A stretch of 64,000 bases of DNA. Source: Octopus vulgaris (lineage: Eukaryota). The DNA lies in assembly GCA_951406725.2 (NCBI GenBank), contig OX597835.1, positions 13,950,001-14,014,000 of the forward strand, written 5' to 3'. The notes beneath the pieces were generated by a model. The model ran no database searches, had not been told where the DNA came from, and worked only from the letters and a program-made list of their open reading frames with translations. Position 1 is the first letter of the stretch. Every line of letters starts with the position of its first letter. The position numbers and the translations under genes are program-made. Below are positions 43,547 to 58,279 of the stretch, one piece after another.

Positions 43547-43607
<61 letters not shown>

Positions 43608-44407
43608 CTGTATGTATATGTGTGTATGTGCATGTGTGTGTATGTGTGTCTGCACGTGTTTATGTGTGTATGTATCTGTGTGTGTGTATGTGTGTGTCTA
43701 TGTCTATGTGTGTATGTGTATGTGTGTGAATGCATATGTGTATGTATGTGTACGTATCTGTGTGTGTGTATGTGTGTCTATGTCTGTGTGTGTATGTGTG
43801 TGTGTGAATGCATGTAAGTGTGTAGTGAAGTTACATGGCTTAGTGATTAGCATATTTAGCTCACTCATAAGGTTGTGAATTCAATTCCTAGTGTTGCATT
43901 GTAATCCTTGGGCAGGACACTTTATTTCACATTGCTCCGATCCACTCCACTGGCAAAAATGAGCTGTACCTGTGATTGATAGGGGCCAGCCTTGTCACAT
44001 TCTGTATCAGTACTGCATCTTCCTGAGAACTACATTAAGGGTCCACGTGTCTGTGGAGTGCTCAGCCACTTGCCTATTAATTTCATGAGTAGGGAGTTCT
44101 GTTGATCGGGTCAGTTGGAACCATCGTTGCCGTAATTAATGGAATGCTCATTAAGTGTGTGTAGGAAACTGTGTGCTTGCTTACATTTGCATTTTGCCAA
44201 CCAACTTATGCAAGCAACAAGCAATGATGTGGCGTCCTACATGTGCACTGATGTTGCACATCCAATGGAGCATACTACCTTTGTTTCTTTCCAGTCTATA
44301 CTCCATGGTCTCACTAATATGGAGTTTAGCTCTTCATACACAAGCATCATATAGTCTACCTTTCATTTGTTCACCTGAATTGCTACTTTCCTCATCATTT
44401 TCTACCT

Positions 44408-44848
44408 GCATGGTTCTTGGTCTCAAGAATTTGTCTTATGAAAAAAGGCTGAAGACACTCGACCTTTATTCTCTAGAAAAACGACAACGCCATGGTGATC
44501 TCATTCTTGCTCACAACATCATAAGCAGATAGTGTAACCTCGCGAAAGAGCTGTTCTTCACTCCTGCTCCAGAGCGTCGGCTGCGGGGTCACTCCGAAAA
44601 GCTCTATCTGCAACAATTTCATCTCAATCGAAGGAGAGGGGCTTTCTCCGTCCCATGTTGCAGATCCGTGGAATAAGCTGCCGGACGAGATGGTGAAGAT
44701 GCCGACGACTGCTCGGTTCAAAGTCTCCCTTGACCACAAGTGGCCTGAACTCTTTACATGAACACCACCCTGTACATAGCTCCATGTCCCCCTACATGGC
44801 CTTGCTTTATGCTTTTTGAGCCAAAAATTAACAAACTAACTAACTAAC
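44408..44848 (+). mobile_element. CR1-like LINE 3' fragment
   Basis: LSYEKRLKTLDLYSLEKRQRHGDLI, RGHSEKL, WNKLP; (ctaa)n tail. Confidence 0.85.
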
Positions 44849-45024
44849 ATTTTCACCAGTTTGATTGTCCGAATCCCTGTCGTTAAATATAACCTCTTGT
44901 CTGTATAATAATTATCAATATTGTTGTATTTCAGAATGGTCATTTTGCCAGTTTAGCCAATAAAAACACACGCACTACATATTTGGTGTTACTTTGCTTC
45001 AGCGTTATTTATTTTTTACATTAA

Positions 45025-45244
45025 CCCTTTCGTTACCAACCCGACTGAAACTGCCTCTGGCTCTGAGTACAAATATCTTGTTTTCATAAGTTTTGAATTA
45101 AAATCTTCCACCAAACCTTAGTCACAATTTATGTTCCTAACACTAGCTGAATGATGACTAAGTTATTTTACTAAAGTCTTTGTTATATTTAAAGTAATTG
45201 AAAGAAACACAGAACATCTCAAAATAAATATAGTAATGAAAGGG
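45025..45244. mobile_element. piggyBac-like MITE
   Basis: TTAA|CCCTTTCGTTAC ... GTAATGAAAGGG|TTAA. Confidence 0.75.
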
Positions 45245-45575
45245 TTAATCTTAATCTTATTTCGGCCAGAGTTCTTTCGTCACACTCCTGTGACCCACAT
45301 CAGTGGTCCTTTGCTTTTTTCTTTCTTATTTTGCTCCTTAACAAGATGAAACGCTGGGTCCCATCACACCCCGCATTTCATCACAAAATCATATTTTTTG
45401 CAATTAAAAACAGAAGTAAACAACAGCTATGAGGGGGACACAGCAACGAGCCGTAAACACACCAGACTTCAGAGCTGCAACACGAGCAGTTGTTTATTTT
45501 TAGCCCCTTATCTTCTTCCCACGTTTTGTTCATTACCATTTCAGCAGGAACCTGGTAGAGACGCTAAATGTCATT

Positions 45576-46328
45576 TTAACCTTCTAGCATTCAGATTATT
45601 CTGTTAAATGTAATGCTTATTTATTCATTAATATTGTTTAAATTAGTCATGGCTTTGAAATTTCAGTTATGTAATTGTTTATCTTTTAGGGTGAGATTCT
45701 TGGGTAAGTATGAGAGGTCATATCTGGCTGGTCTGAGCATAGTAAAAATAGAATATTTTGACAGGATATGGCTGGTTTAATCTTTTAGCATTTAGAATAT
45801 TTTGTCAAATGTAATGATTAAGTATTCACATTGAGATTGTTGGGTAGGTATGAGAGGTCATATCTGGCTGGTCTGAGCATGAAAATGGCAGAATTTCTGG
45901 ACAAGACATGTCTAGTTCAATCTTTTAGCAACCAGAATATTCTGTCAAATGTTACACATATATTCACATTGTTTTGAATTAATCATGAATTATCTTGTGG
46001 CTTTGAAACTTCAGTCATGTAATTGTTTATCTATTAGGGTGAGATTGTTGGGTAGGTATGAGAGGTAGAATATTTGTGCCTGATATGGTTGATTTAAATG
46101 CTAAAGGGTTAACCCTTTAGCGCTCAGATTACTCTGTCAGATGTAATCCTTATTTATTCAAATTGTTTTGAATTAATCCTGCATTATCTCATAGCCTTGA
46201 GGAAGTAAATGTTAATTTTTAGAATGACATTGGAGGGTAGGCATGAGAGGTTGGATCTAGCCAGTTTAAACATGAAACGGGTAGAATATTTTGGCTGGAT
46301 AAGGCCAGTTTAGAGGCTAAAGGGTCAA
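45576..46328. mobile_element. Cluster of degenerate TTAA-bounded MITEs (second family)
   Basis: Repeated ttaaccctttagca(t)tcagatta...atgctaaagggttaa units. Confidence 0.6.
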
Positions 46329-46763
46329 TCTATTCCCACTGCAGCAGGAACATGGCTTGATAGGGTTAAAATAGGAGAGGATTTAATGGAGATTTGCTTG
46401 CTATTTCTAGCAGATTCAGTGGCTGTATAGAGGCTCCTCCTTTGGCCTGTAAGTCATGTTAAAAGACAATAGTCTATACGTTTATTATCATTTTGAAAAC
46501 CTGGGATATTTAAAAATCTGAAGCAAATAACTGTATGGAAATATTCATTCAGGACACATGGACATTGTTCCTTGGAAGTGTTCTTTAGGGACACACAGAC
46601 ACTGTTTGAAAATTTGGATCCTGGAACTCTGAGACATCTCAACAACTTGTGGATATGATATGCTCAGTCTTTTGAGAGCTGCTATGGAAAAGATTTGTTT
46701 GGGATGAGCTTGGCAACATGTAGCACAGAACTGCTTTCAGAAATTCCTTAGGGGTACAACAGT

Positions 46764-47150
46764 GGAGGCGCAATGGCCCAGTGGTTAGGGCAGTGGACTC
46801 GCGGTCATAGGATCACGGTTTCGATTCCCAGACCGGGCGTTGTCAGTGTTTATTGAGCGAAAACACCTAAAAAAAAAGCTCCACGAGGCTCCGGCAGGGG
46901 ATGGTGGTGATCCCTGCTGTACTCTTTCACCACAACTTTCTCACTCTTACTTCCTGTTTCTGTTGTACCTGTATTTCAAGGGGCCGGCCTTGTCACTTTC
47001 TGTGTCACGCTGAATATCCCCGAGAACTACGTTAAGGGTGCACGTGTCTGTGGAGTGCTCAGCCACTTGCACGTTAATTTCACGAGTAGGCTGTTCCATT
47101 GATTCGGATCAACCGGAACCACCGTCGTCAGAACCGACGGAGTGCTTCCA
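46764..47150 (+). mobile_element. tRNA-derived SINE family B
   Basis: Head ggaggcgcaatggcccagtggttagggcag...ggtttcgattcc. Related copies at 8885-9220(-), 13207-13505(-) and 25356-25712, variants at 1-155, 5610-5883 and 43830-44150. Confidence 0.85.
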
Positions 47151-47637
47151 TCCAGGGGTACAACTGTCACAAGCAGACATAGACACTCTCCTGGTCCTCC
47201 CAGATTTGGTCAAGTAAAACATCCAAGATGAGCCAAAGGACAGAGAGGGAGAGAGAGAGAGAGAGAAAGGTGTTTCAGCTCCCCAGCTAGGACTCATCAA
47301 CAGCTGAGTAGTGGAACAGCATGAAACAAGTGCCTCGTTCAAGAAAGATGTTGTGCCAGGTTGAGCAATTGAACCCTCATCCTTATGATTGTAAGCTTGA
47401 CACTCTAACCACTAGGTTAGGTGCCTTCCCTAATGGAAGTGAGTTATTGGAGAATAAAAATTTAAAATACAATATTTGGGTGGTGTAAGAGTGGCTTGTT
47501 TATAAACCACATGGTTCCGGGTTCAGTCCCACTGCGTGGCACCTTGGGCAAGTGTCTTCTACTATAGCCTCAGGCTGACCAAAGCCTTGTGAGTGGATTT
47601 GGTAGACGGAAACTGAAAGAAGCCCGTCGTATATATG

Positions 47638-47691
<54 letters not shown>

Positions 47692-49658
47692 CGTGTGTAT
47701 GTTTGTGTGTCTGTCCCCCCAATATTGCTTGACAACTGATGCTGGTGTGTTTACATCCCTGTAACATAGCAGTTCGGCAAAAGAGACTGATAGAATAAGT
47801 ACTAGGCTTACAAAGAATAAGTCCTGGGGTCGATTTGCTCGACTAAAGGCGGTGCTCCAGCATGGTCACAGTCACATGACTGAAACAAGTAAAAGAGTAA
47901 GAGTAAAGAGTAACCAGATTAAATGGGTAATTAATAATGATTAAACAACAAGGTTTTTTTTTTTTAATGAAAGTCGTTTTATTAATGAAAATAATTATGG
48001 TTCGAGACATTACAGAGAGAGGGGGAGAGATAGAGAGAGAGAGATAAGATTGAATTAATTGGGACTTCCTCAAAAACCCTGGAATGTATCAATTTAATAA
48101 GATTGATATCTAAAGAGTTGGTGATAGGTTATGAGAACTAAGAAACAAAAATTAAGTATAACCGTTAAAAAAAGACAGAAACTGTGTTTTTTCTTATCAT
48201 TTAGAAAAGATGAGTATTCAGAAATTTAGGGAGAAATTACACAAAATGTTTGAATAATCAAAGAAAATGTAGCAAAAAACAAAAAAAAACAAAATGGTTC
48301 ATAAAATTGTGCTTCCATCTTTGAAGAGTCTTTCATACCATTCTAACCTTTATTTAAATAATGGCTTCAAATTTGGGCACAAGACCTGAAATTTAAAGGA
48401 AGGGGGCCAAGTCGATTAAAGTGACCCCAGCGCTCAACTGGTATTTATTTTATTGACCTGAAAAGGATAAAAAGCAAAGTTGACCTCGGTGGAATTTGAA
48501 CTCAGAACGTAGAGATGGACAAAATACCAGCTAAGCATTTTGCCTGGTGTTTAATATAAATAGAGACCAGGAATTTGTGGGAAGGGAGCAGTTAATTATT
48601 TCAACCCCAGTGTATACCTGGTATTTTATTTTATCAGTCCCGGAAGGAAAAAACCATAAAGCTGACTTTGCTGGGATTTGAACTCAATGTAAACAGCCAA
48701 AATTAAAAAGCACGTGGTATTTTATCCAATACTCTAAAGACTCTGCAGCCAGTCCGTTGTCCTTAACTTCTGAATATCCGTAGCAGCACTCCCCCCCTAT
48801 ACCCCCCCCCCCCCCAAAGAGAAGAAATGTGGATGAAATAGAGAAATGTTTGTCCTATAATGTAGAATCTATTGCTACATCGGAACTGATGATATTTGGC
48901 AGAGAATTAATAAGAGAGGGTCTTTATGGATTGCTTAACCATTTTGTTACCATATTTCTGTTGAAATGCTGCTGAGACCTCCTTTGGTCATGACTGACCA
49001 TGGGATTGCACCCAGAAAGTTACCCTCTCAGACACAAGTGCGGGCAAGGTTGTTTACGGAAGACCAGCAGTCACCCATGCGTACCGGCCTCCCATCTCCG
49101 CGCCACCAGTGTTATCCAAAGGAAAGGCAAAGGGGCCGATACAGCTTGGCACCGGTGACGTCACAACTCATTTCTACAGCTGAGTGAACTGGAGCAACGT
49201 GAAATAAAGTGTCTTGCTCAAGAACACAACACGCAGCCCGGTCCGGGATTCGAACTCACAACCTCATGACCTTATAGCTTGGTTTCTTAGGGGAAACACA
49301 AAATAAAAAAATAGGGAGATAATTTGTATTTTCATTTTAAAATATATTTTTGGCTTCTAAAAAAAAATGACAATCGTGATGGTTGATATGTATTTAGTAG
49401 AGAGTAGGTACACTGTGGCTAAGAAGTTTAATTCACAACCATGAGGTTCTGGGCTCAATCCCAGTGCATGGCATCTTGGGCAAATATTTTCTGTCACCTT
49501 GGATGAACCCATAATTTGTGAATAAAACTGGGTAAAGGGAAACTGTACAGAAACCTGTTAATGGACTGTACCTGTAATTCATTCTGGGACAGTTTTGTCA
49601 CATATTGCGTCTGATTGATTCTATTAAGAGTACACGTCTGTGGAATTTCTCAGTTGTG

Positions 49659-49694
<36 letters not shown>

Positions 49695-49774
49695 CTAGCT
49701 TAAGGTGACCCGCTCTACACACGGGTGAGGGTGTGGTTGTTACTTTATGCTGCTTCCTTTCTGGTTCAAAACAT

Positions 49775-50344
49775 TAAAAAAAATGACATTTGTACTACAG
49801 AGCCAGAGGCAGTTTCAGCCAGGATGGTATCAAAAGGGTTAAGAATTGTTTCTTTATTATATATTTTAACCCTTTTGTTACCATATTTATTTTCAGATGC
49901 TCTATGTTTCTTTCAATTATTTTAAACATAAAGAATTCAGTAAAATAACTTAGTTAGCATTCAGCTAGTGTTAGGAACATAAATTGTGACTAAGGTTTGG
50001 TGGAAAATTTTAATTCAAAATTTACGAAAACAAGACATTTGTACTACAGAGCCAGAGGTGGTTTCAGCTGGGTTGGTATCAAAAGGGTTAAGAATTGTTT
50101 CTCTATTATATATTTTAACCCTTTTGTTACCATATTGCTGTTGAGATGCTCTGTGTTTCTTTCATTTAATTTAAAATACAACAAAGAATTTAGTAAAATA
50201 ACTTAGTAATCATTAAGCTAGTGTTAGGAACATAAATTGTGACTAAGGTTTGGTAGAAGATTTTAATTCAAAATTTATGAAAACAAGACATTTGTACTAC
50301 AGAGCCAGAGGTGGTTTCAGCCGAGTTGGTAACGAAAGGGTTAA
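49775..50344. mobile_element. Tandem piggyBac-like MITEs, ~249-bp period
   Basis: Two full copies and one partial copy of TTAA|CCCTTT...AAAGGG|TTAA separated by a shared spacer. Confidence 0.75.
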
Positions 50345-50460
50345 ATACTGTATCAGAAACACAGAATAATTCCTGCTTTTTATTCAGTGTTGTGATGATT
50401 GTTAGAGCATTACAAGCACCATTGTGTAACTTGGCCTTACTTTAATGACTGAATTCACTT

Positions 50461-50635
50461 TACAGTTCTATATCTAAGAGATGAGGAATTATGTACATTA
50501 CTTACATTCGACGGATATTTCCCCAAGACACCTGAAGAAGGCTGGAGGGTATAACGGCCGAAACGTTGTGTTAACAACAAACAAGATGAGGACAAATATC
50601 CGTCGAATATAAATAATGTAAATAGTGTAAACAAT
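50461..50635 (+). mobile_element. Truncated, inverted member of the same hammerhead family
   Basis: GACAC-CTGAAGA-AGGCTGgagggtataaCGGCC-GAAAC-GTT-GTGTT at 50527-50572. Confidence 0.7.
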
Positions 50636-52611
50636 GTGCATTAACTTTATTTCAAACACATATTTTGCATCAGTTTTTAAATAGTAATAAATTTAGCTGT
50701 GTATATTTTCCACACTGTATGTACATATATAACAGTTTATACTTAAACTATATACTCTTTTACTTGTTTCAGTCATTTGACTGCGGCCATGCTGGAGCAC
50801 CGCCTTTACTCGAGCAACTCGACCCCAGGACTTATTCTTTGTAAGCCCAGTACTTATTCTATCAGTCTCTTTTGCCGAACCGCTAAGTGACGGGGACGTA
50901 AACACACCAGCATCGGTTGTCAAGCAATGCTAGGGGGACAAACACACACATATATATATATACATATATACGACTTCTTTCAGTTTCCGTCTACCAAATC
51001 CACTCACAAGGCTTTGGTCGGCCCGGGGCTATAGTAGAAGACACCTGCCCAAGGTGCCACGCATTGGGACTGAATCCGGAACCATGTGGTTGGTAAGCAA
51101 CATAGTTACAACTAACCTATTTTATTATTCCTATGGATGCATATACACTGTGTGAGTGTGTGTGTCTTTGTTGTCAAAAAACCTTTTACATATTTCCTCA
51201 TAAGGTGTTTCGTTTACTATTTACATTATTGGCGCCTACTGTTTACCCTAAGTATTTACTCACAACACATACCTTCCCCAACCAGGCATACATTGTTAAG
51301 GATTCCAGTTTGAAGATCAAGAAAACTTAGAAATATATTGAAATTCAACAGGCGCAGGAGTGGCAGTGTGGTAAGTAGCTTGCTTACCAACCACATGGTT
51401 CTGGGTTCAGTCACACTGCGTGGCATCTTGGGCAAGTGTCTTCTGCTATAGCCCCGGGCCGACCAATGCCTTGTGAGCAGATTTGGTAGACGGAAACTGA
51501 AAGAAGCCTGTCGTATATATGTATATATGTGTATGTGTGTGTTTGTCCCCCTAGCATTGCTTGACAACCGATGCTAGTGTGTTTACGTCCCCGTCACTTA
51601 GCGGTTCGGCAAAAGAGACGGATAGAATAAGTACTGGGCTTACAAAGAATAAGTCCCGGGGTCGATTTGCTCGACTAAAGGCGGTGCTCCAGCATGGCCA
51701 CAGTCAAATGACTGAAACAAGTAAAAGAGTAAAAGAGTAGAGATAGAAAAATGCTTCGTCTGGGAGATATAACTTCCAAATTAATGGTACATGGTCTTTA
51801 TTTAGACAGGGAGCCAGGGTGCAACAGGAAGTTATTATATACAATTTCATAGGGAGACTGGGGCACGATTGTGATATATTGTACCCGGTATGTGTCACTG
51901 TTGTGTGCCAGAGCAGTACCCAGTATGTGCAAATGTTGTGTGCCAGTGCTTGGGTCTCTGCCAATAAACATATGACAGACAGCTGAGTACTTGTGAGGAA
52001 GAATCTGTTCCAATCTATAGACCAATTCTGGGAATGTTGACGACCTAAGTCAGCTAGCAGGTGACATTATGCTGGAATAAGGGAGTAGATAGGGTCACAA
52101 GAAGTACATTTAAGGGTGCAGTAAGGGACAATAGTAAGAAACAAGTCAGAGACATCTGGTCCCTTTAACAAAGGAAAAAAAAAAATCTATTAAATAGGAT
52201 TTGTTAATATTTTGTGCCATGGAGAGAAACAAAGTATTTAAGAGCACCATGGTATAAGGGGTGGAGAGAAAAGGGGCTGGGGGAGATGTTAAAAATATCG
52301 GTCAATGTGAGGGGGAGACAGGCTGTAATGGGTATGTGGTGGGAATGGATGGAAGAGGGGTGGATTGATAAGAGCAGGCAGATGATAATGATGATGGTGG
52401 TGGTGGGCAGCGTAGGAAGAGATAAGATTTCAGGATGTTGAACATTGGAGATGGAACGAGAGAGAGAGACAGAGATCTGTAGGGGAGTGCTGACATGCTG
52501 TTGGGCAGACTCAACCAAAACAGACATTGAAATGATGAAGCCGATAATGATGATGGTTCGTACATATACAAGATGAGAATTTATCTTCAGGAAGATTTCA
52601 AGGAGCCGATA

Positions 52612-52660
<49 letters not shown>

Positions 52661-53042
52661 CATACATATATATAATCTTTTATTTGTTTCAATCATTTGA
52701 CTGCGGCCATGCTGGAGCACCACCTTTATTCGAACAAATCAACTCCAGGACTTATTGCTTTGTAAGCCTAGTACTTATTGGCCTCTTTTGCTGAACCGCC
52801 AAGTTACGGGGACATAAACACACTAACATCGGTTGCCAAGCAATGGGGGGGGGGTCAAGAACAAACACACAAGCATATACATATACGATGGGCTTCTTTC
52901 AGTTTCCACCTACCAAATCCACTCACAAGGCTTTGGTCGGCCCAAGGCTATAGTAGAAGACACCTGCCCAAGGTGCCACACAGTGGGACTGAACCCATAA
53001 CCATGTGGTTGGTAAGCAAGCAACTTACCACATACCCATGCC

Positions 53043-53087
<45 letters not shown>

Positions 53088-54570
53088 TTATATATAGATA
53101 TATATATATATATCTTTGCTTGTCCAAAGCATTTTCATAACATCTTTGCTTGTCCAAAGCATTCTCGTATGTTAGTCCTAAACATCTGTGCTTGTTTTCA
53201 GACATTTAGTTTGACCTTGCTTCTGGGTAATATAAAGCTTTCCTTTCATAAGTGCCAAGTTACTCTGGTTGTGGAGAAAAAATTGGGACTGTATTATATA
53301 TGATCCATGGATGCCAGGGACACATGTCCTCTGTGTCACAAATGATATACAGACGAGGCAATGGGGGTTAAGAGGTTCTCTTAGAAGAGGCGTTTTAGTG
53401 TGACATTGGTGAACTACGTTATACAAAATGTATTGTTACAGAGAGACTATCTGTTTTATTAACTCTTTGTGTACCCAAAGCATTTTTATGTGTTAGTCAT
53501 GCTCTGTTTTCAGACTTTAAGTTAATGCCTTGTTTCGTTTGTTCCAAATAAAATAAAGCTTTTCTTTCATAAGCTTCGAGTTATTCAATTGGTTGAAAAA
53601 AAAATATATAGGATGCAAGGATACCAGGGGAATAAGTCCTGTGTATGGTATGCGATATACACGACAGGACAGGACGGGACAGGACAGGACAGGCAAAGGG
53701 GTTAATTTAGACAAAGCAGATTGTTTCATGATAAATATACCAATTGTAAGTAACACACAAAAACTTATATAAAACAACATCAAAGAAAAACAAAAGGATA
53801 AAACAACAACAAAAACAAAAAAACAAACCAAGGACAGCGAATTCTGTGGACGGTTTGTCAGATGGTCATGGTGGTGGTGGTGGTGGTGGTGGTGGTGGTA
53901 GTGAATATTTTAACAAACAGAAATAATTAATCAACTGAATTGAAATGGCAACTAGAAGTAACCTAATTATAGCAGTAACCTAATTACACAAGAAACAGGC
54001 AACAAGTACTTGTAGAGAATGGAGAGCTTGGAAAAAAACCATTGGACAAGGCAGAATAGATATAAAGAATGACAGGGGAAAAAAAAAAAAAAAAAAAAAA
54101 GAAAAGAAAAGTAAAGAAAAGTAAAGAATATACATACATTTATAAGATGATAATTACTAAGGCAAAGCTGCTAATTATATTTGTACTTTGTATTAGTAAT
54201 TTACTATCAATTTCCAGAAAAAGAAAACTTTTTTTTAATGGCTCTGACTTGACCTAGAAGAGACAATTATGATATGGGCCGTTTTATGTTGTTTTTGGGT
54301 TTTGTTTGAGAGTGCTAAAGCGAAATATAAACACGGGGTTTTTACCAAAGAATTCTTAGAATGGGTGGGAGAGAAATTATTATTATTATTATTATTATCA
54401 TTGAAACCCTCATATAATCAGAGTGGGGTGGTGGTGATGGTGGTGGTGGTGGTATGTGATGATCATAATAACTGCAATCTCAACCGAAGTATCTTTGTAA
54501 TAACAAAGTGGGGGAAACTATATATATATATATACAACTAGTTTTAAATCTCTGACCGAGAAATATGTAC

Positions 54571-54602
<32 letters not shown>

Positions 54603-54827
54603 CATACACATATAGATACATACGTATATAAACACAACAAACACACATACAAACATGTATACATTCACACACACACATACGTATATATCTTTGCACACAT
54701 ATACAAACATACATCGTGTGTAATCATGTGTGTGCATGCGCGTGTATGTGTGTGAGTGTGTGTGTGTGTGTGTAACTTGAAGACAGGAAAATGAACGACG
54801 GATTTCCTCTGTTTTCCTTTTGCTTTT

Positions 54828-54940
54828 TCAAGATGCTGCAGTGGGTTGTGTGCAATTGAAATAGCGTAATATCAGGAGTGGTACCAGTAAACCAACAGCA
54901 CAGGACAAGTAGCAGATAAATGGACCAAACAGCCAATACA
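54828..54940 (-). CDS. MFSD10: MFSD10, last coding exon
   Basis: Acceptor ttctctccag|. Joining in phase 1 (G+TG) gives VYWLFGPFICYLSCAVGLLVPLLILRYFNCTQPTAAS*, matching the MFSD10 VYWL.G... terminal TM segment; TGA at 54828-54830. Confidence 0.88.
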
Positions 54941-54974
54941 CTGGAGAGAAAACAAAACAAAGAGAGAGAAACGT

Positions 54975-55305
54975 TATAATAATAATAATAATAATAATAG
55001 TAATAATAATAATAATAGTAATAATAATAATAATAATAATAATAGTAATAATAGTAGTAATAATAATAATAATAATAATAATAGTAATAGTAATAATAAT
55101 AGTAATAATAATAATTATAATAGTAATAGTAATAATAATAATAATAATAATAGTAATAATAATAGTAATAATAATAGTAATAATAATAATAATAATAGTA
55201 ATAATAATAGTAATAATAATAATAATAATAGTAATAATAATAGTAATAATAATAATAATAATAGTAATAATAATAATAATAGTAATAATAATAATAATAA
55301 TAATA

Positions 55306-55341
<36 letters not shown>

Positions 55342-55614
55342 GTAATAATAATAATAATAATAATAGTAGTAATAATAGTAATAATAATAGTAATAATAAT
55401 AATAATAATAATAACAATAATAGTAATAATAATAGTAATAATAATAATAATAGTAATAGTAATAATAATAATAATAATAGTAATTATAATAATAATAATA
55501 ATAATAGTAATTATAATAATAATAATAATAATAGTAATAATAATAGTAATAATAATAGTAATAATAATAGTAATAGTAATAATAATAGTAATAATAATAG
55601 TAATAATAATAGTA

Positions 55615-55661
<47 letters not shown>
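54975..55661. repeat. (AAT)n/(AGT) compound microsatellite, ~690 bp
   Basis: Read directly; ends about 35 nt from the last-exon acceptor. Confidence 0.95.
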
Positions 55662-57400
55662 CATCATTTAGCATCCGCTTTCCATGCTGGCATGGGTTGG
55701 ACGGTTCAACTGGGGTCTGGGAAGCCAGAAGGCTGCACCAGGCCCAGTCTGATCTGGCAATGTTTCTACGGCTGGATGCCCTTCCTAATGCCAACCACTC
55801 CATAATAATAATATATTTCTTTATTGTCCACATGGGGCTAAACAGAGAGGGGACAAACAAGGACAGACAAAGGGATTAAGTTGATTACATCGACCCACTG
55901 TGCGAAACTGGTACTTAATTTATCGACCCTGAAAGGATGAAAGGCAAAGTCGACCTCGGCAGAATTTTAACTCAGAACATAACAACAAGACGAAATACCG
56001 CTAAGCATTACGCCCGGCATGCTAATGTTTCTGCCAGCTCGCTACCTTAATAATAATAATAATAATAATGATAATAATAATGATAATAATAATAATATAT
56101 TTCTTTATTGCCCACAAGGGGCTAAACATAGAGGGGACAAACAAGGACAGAGGAAGGGATTAAGTCAATTATATTGACCCCAGTGCAAAACTGGTACTTA
56201 ATTTATCGACCCCCGAAAGGATGAAAGGCAAAGTTGACCTCGGCGGAATTTGAACTCAGAACGTAACGGCAGCCGAAATACCGCTAAGCATTTCGCCCGG
56301 AGCGCTAACGATTCTGCCAGCTCGCCACCTTAATAATAATAATAATGATGAATAAAGTGTTTTGAATGGTACAACAATGCACTATAATAACAACAACAAC
56401 AATGGACTAAAATTAGAACTGTAGTAATTGAATCATCCATAGTCTGATATAATATTTTGGAATATAAAAATTCCTTCTTCAGATAACCCAAGGAATTGAT
56501 CCAGTTATTGCTATAATCGATTTTCCAACGGATTTTTTTTTTTTTTTTTTTCCGGAAGCATCTCTGCAGTGGTCTCATGAAGCTCCTTCCAGAATTCCTC
56601 GTGAGAAGTTCATGAGGTCAGCCGTGTCTCAATCTCGGGCATGCTGGCACATCCTTAGCTCTGCTTCTAAGCTATGTATTATACGTACAGCTTCCTTTTT
56701 TGCCCTTCTTTTTTCTCTCTCAATCATCATCATCATCGTTTAACGTCCGTTTTCCGCGCTAGCACGGTTTGACCGGGGATCTGGGAAGCCAGAAGGCTGC
56801 CACCAGGCTCCAGTCTGATCTGGCAGTGTTTCTACAGCTGGATGCCCTTCCTAACGCCAACCACTCCGCGAGTGTAGTGGGTGCTTTTTACGTGCCACCT
56901 GCACAGGTGCCAGGGGGGAGGTCTGGCATCGGCCACGTTTGGATGGTGCTTATTATGTGCCATCGGCACAGAAGCTAGTCGAGGCGGCGCTGGCAACGGC
57001 CACGTTCGGATGGTGCTTTTTATGTGCATAATAATAATAATAATAATAACAGTTTCAAATTTTGGCACAAGGCTTCAAATTTGTGGGAGGGGACTAGTCA
57101 AATACATGGATCCCAGTATCACAACTGGTACTTATTTTATCATAGGCGTAGGAGTGGCTGTGTGGTAAGTAGATTGCTAACGAACCACATGGTTCCGGGT
57201 TCGGTCCCAAGGTGTGGCACCTTGGGCAAGTGCCTTCTACTATAGCCTTGAGCCGACCAAAGCCTTGTGAGTAGACAGAAACTGAAAGAAGCCCGTCGTG
57301 TGTATATATATAGATATATATATGTATGTATGTGTGTGTATATGTTTGTGTGTCTAACTATAACAACAACAATAACAATTATTATAACAACAACAACAAC

Positions 57401-57460
<60 letters not shown>

Positions 57461-57521
57461 CTTTTATGGTCATTACATGTTGTTACACCATAGCAGACAT
57501 ACAGTGATGAAAGTATCTAAA

Positions 57522-57674
57522 ATATTATTTACATTATTTACATTTGATGGATATTTGTCGTCATCTTGTTTGTTGTTAACACAACGTTTCGACTGATATA
57601 CCCTCCAGCCTTCATCAGGTGTATTGCGGAAATTTCTAACCTGGGTTCTCATTCCTAAGGTATTTTTCAATATT

Positions 57675-57709
<35 letters not shown>

Positions 57710-58023
57710 CATTATCATTATTAATATTGTGTAGTGGTTAAGAGCGCGGGCTACTAACCCCAAGATTCCGAGTTCAATTCCAAGCAGTGACTTGAATAAT
57801 AATAATAATAATAATAATAATAGTATCGAAAAATACCTTAGGAATGAGAAACCAGGTTCGAAATTTCCCCATGACACCTTATGAAAGCTGGAGGGTATAT
57901 CAGTTGAAACATTGTGTTAACAACAAACAAGATGAGGAGAAATATCCGTCAAATGTAAATAATGTAAATAATGTAAATAATGTAAATAATGTGCATAATT
58001 CCTCATCTCTTAAATATAGAACT
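57522..58023 (+). mobile_element. tRNA-headed hammerhead element in the MFSD10 last intron
   Basis: Inverted arms 57522-57668 and 57826-58023 around a tRNA-like head (57728-57795); hammerheads at 57578-57623 (-) and 57873-57918 (+, mutated). Confidence 0.75.
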
Positions 58024-58069
58024 GAAATATTATATAAAATAGTCAAGAAATTCAATTTTATACCCTTAC

Positions 58070-58207
58070 CTGTGCACATAGCTACAGGTCCTAGTGCACG
58101 TGCTAGCGCCCCCAGGGAGCGGAAGACGCCTACAATGGCACCTTTCTGGTTAACTTTGCCGTATCTTGAGATCAGAGTTGTTAGACATGGCACCACAGTT
58201 GCAGAAC
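58070..58207 (-). CDS. MFSD10: MFSD10 (TETRAN-like MFS transporter), penultimate coding exon
   Basis: Translates to SATVVPCLTTLISRYGKVNQKGAIVGVFRSLGALARALGPVAMCT, matching the MFSD10 C-terminal VVPCL...QKG..MG.LRSLGALARA.GP motif. Acceptor ttaattttag| before 58207, donor |gtaagg after 58070; 138 nt, phase 1-1. Confidence 0.88.
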
Positions 58208-58279
58208 CTAAAATTAACAGAATCTCCATAAATAACAATACAAAATAATACAGCCATAGAGATGGCAACAACGATGATG

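Noticed and set aside
45264-45309. Possible hammerhead on the minus strand (CCA-CTGATGT..GTCAC/GTGAC-GAAAG..CTC-TGG)
   Set aside because: Core deviates at several positions and only one copy is visible; left out of the census.
56560-56720. Possible additional MFSD10 exon
   Set aside because: The flanking exons already join in frame with contiguous homology, and the frame I read here contains stops.
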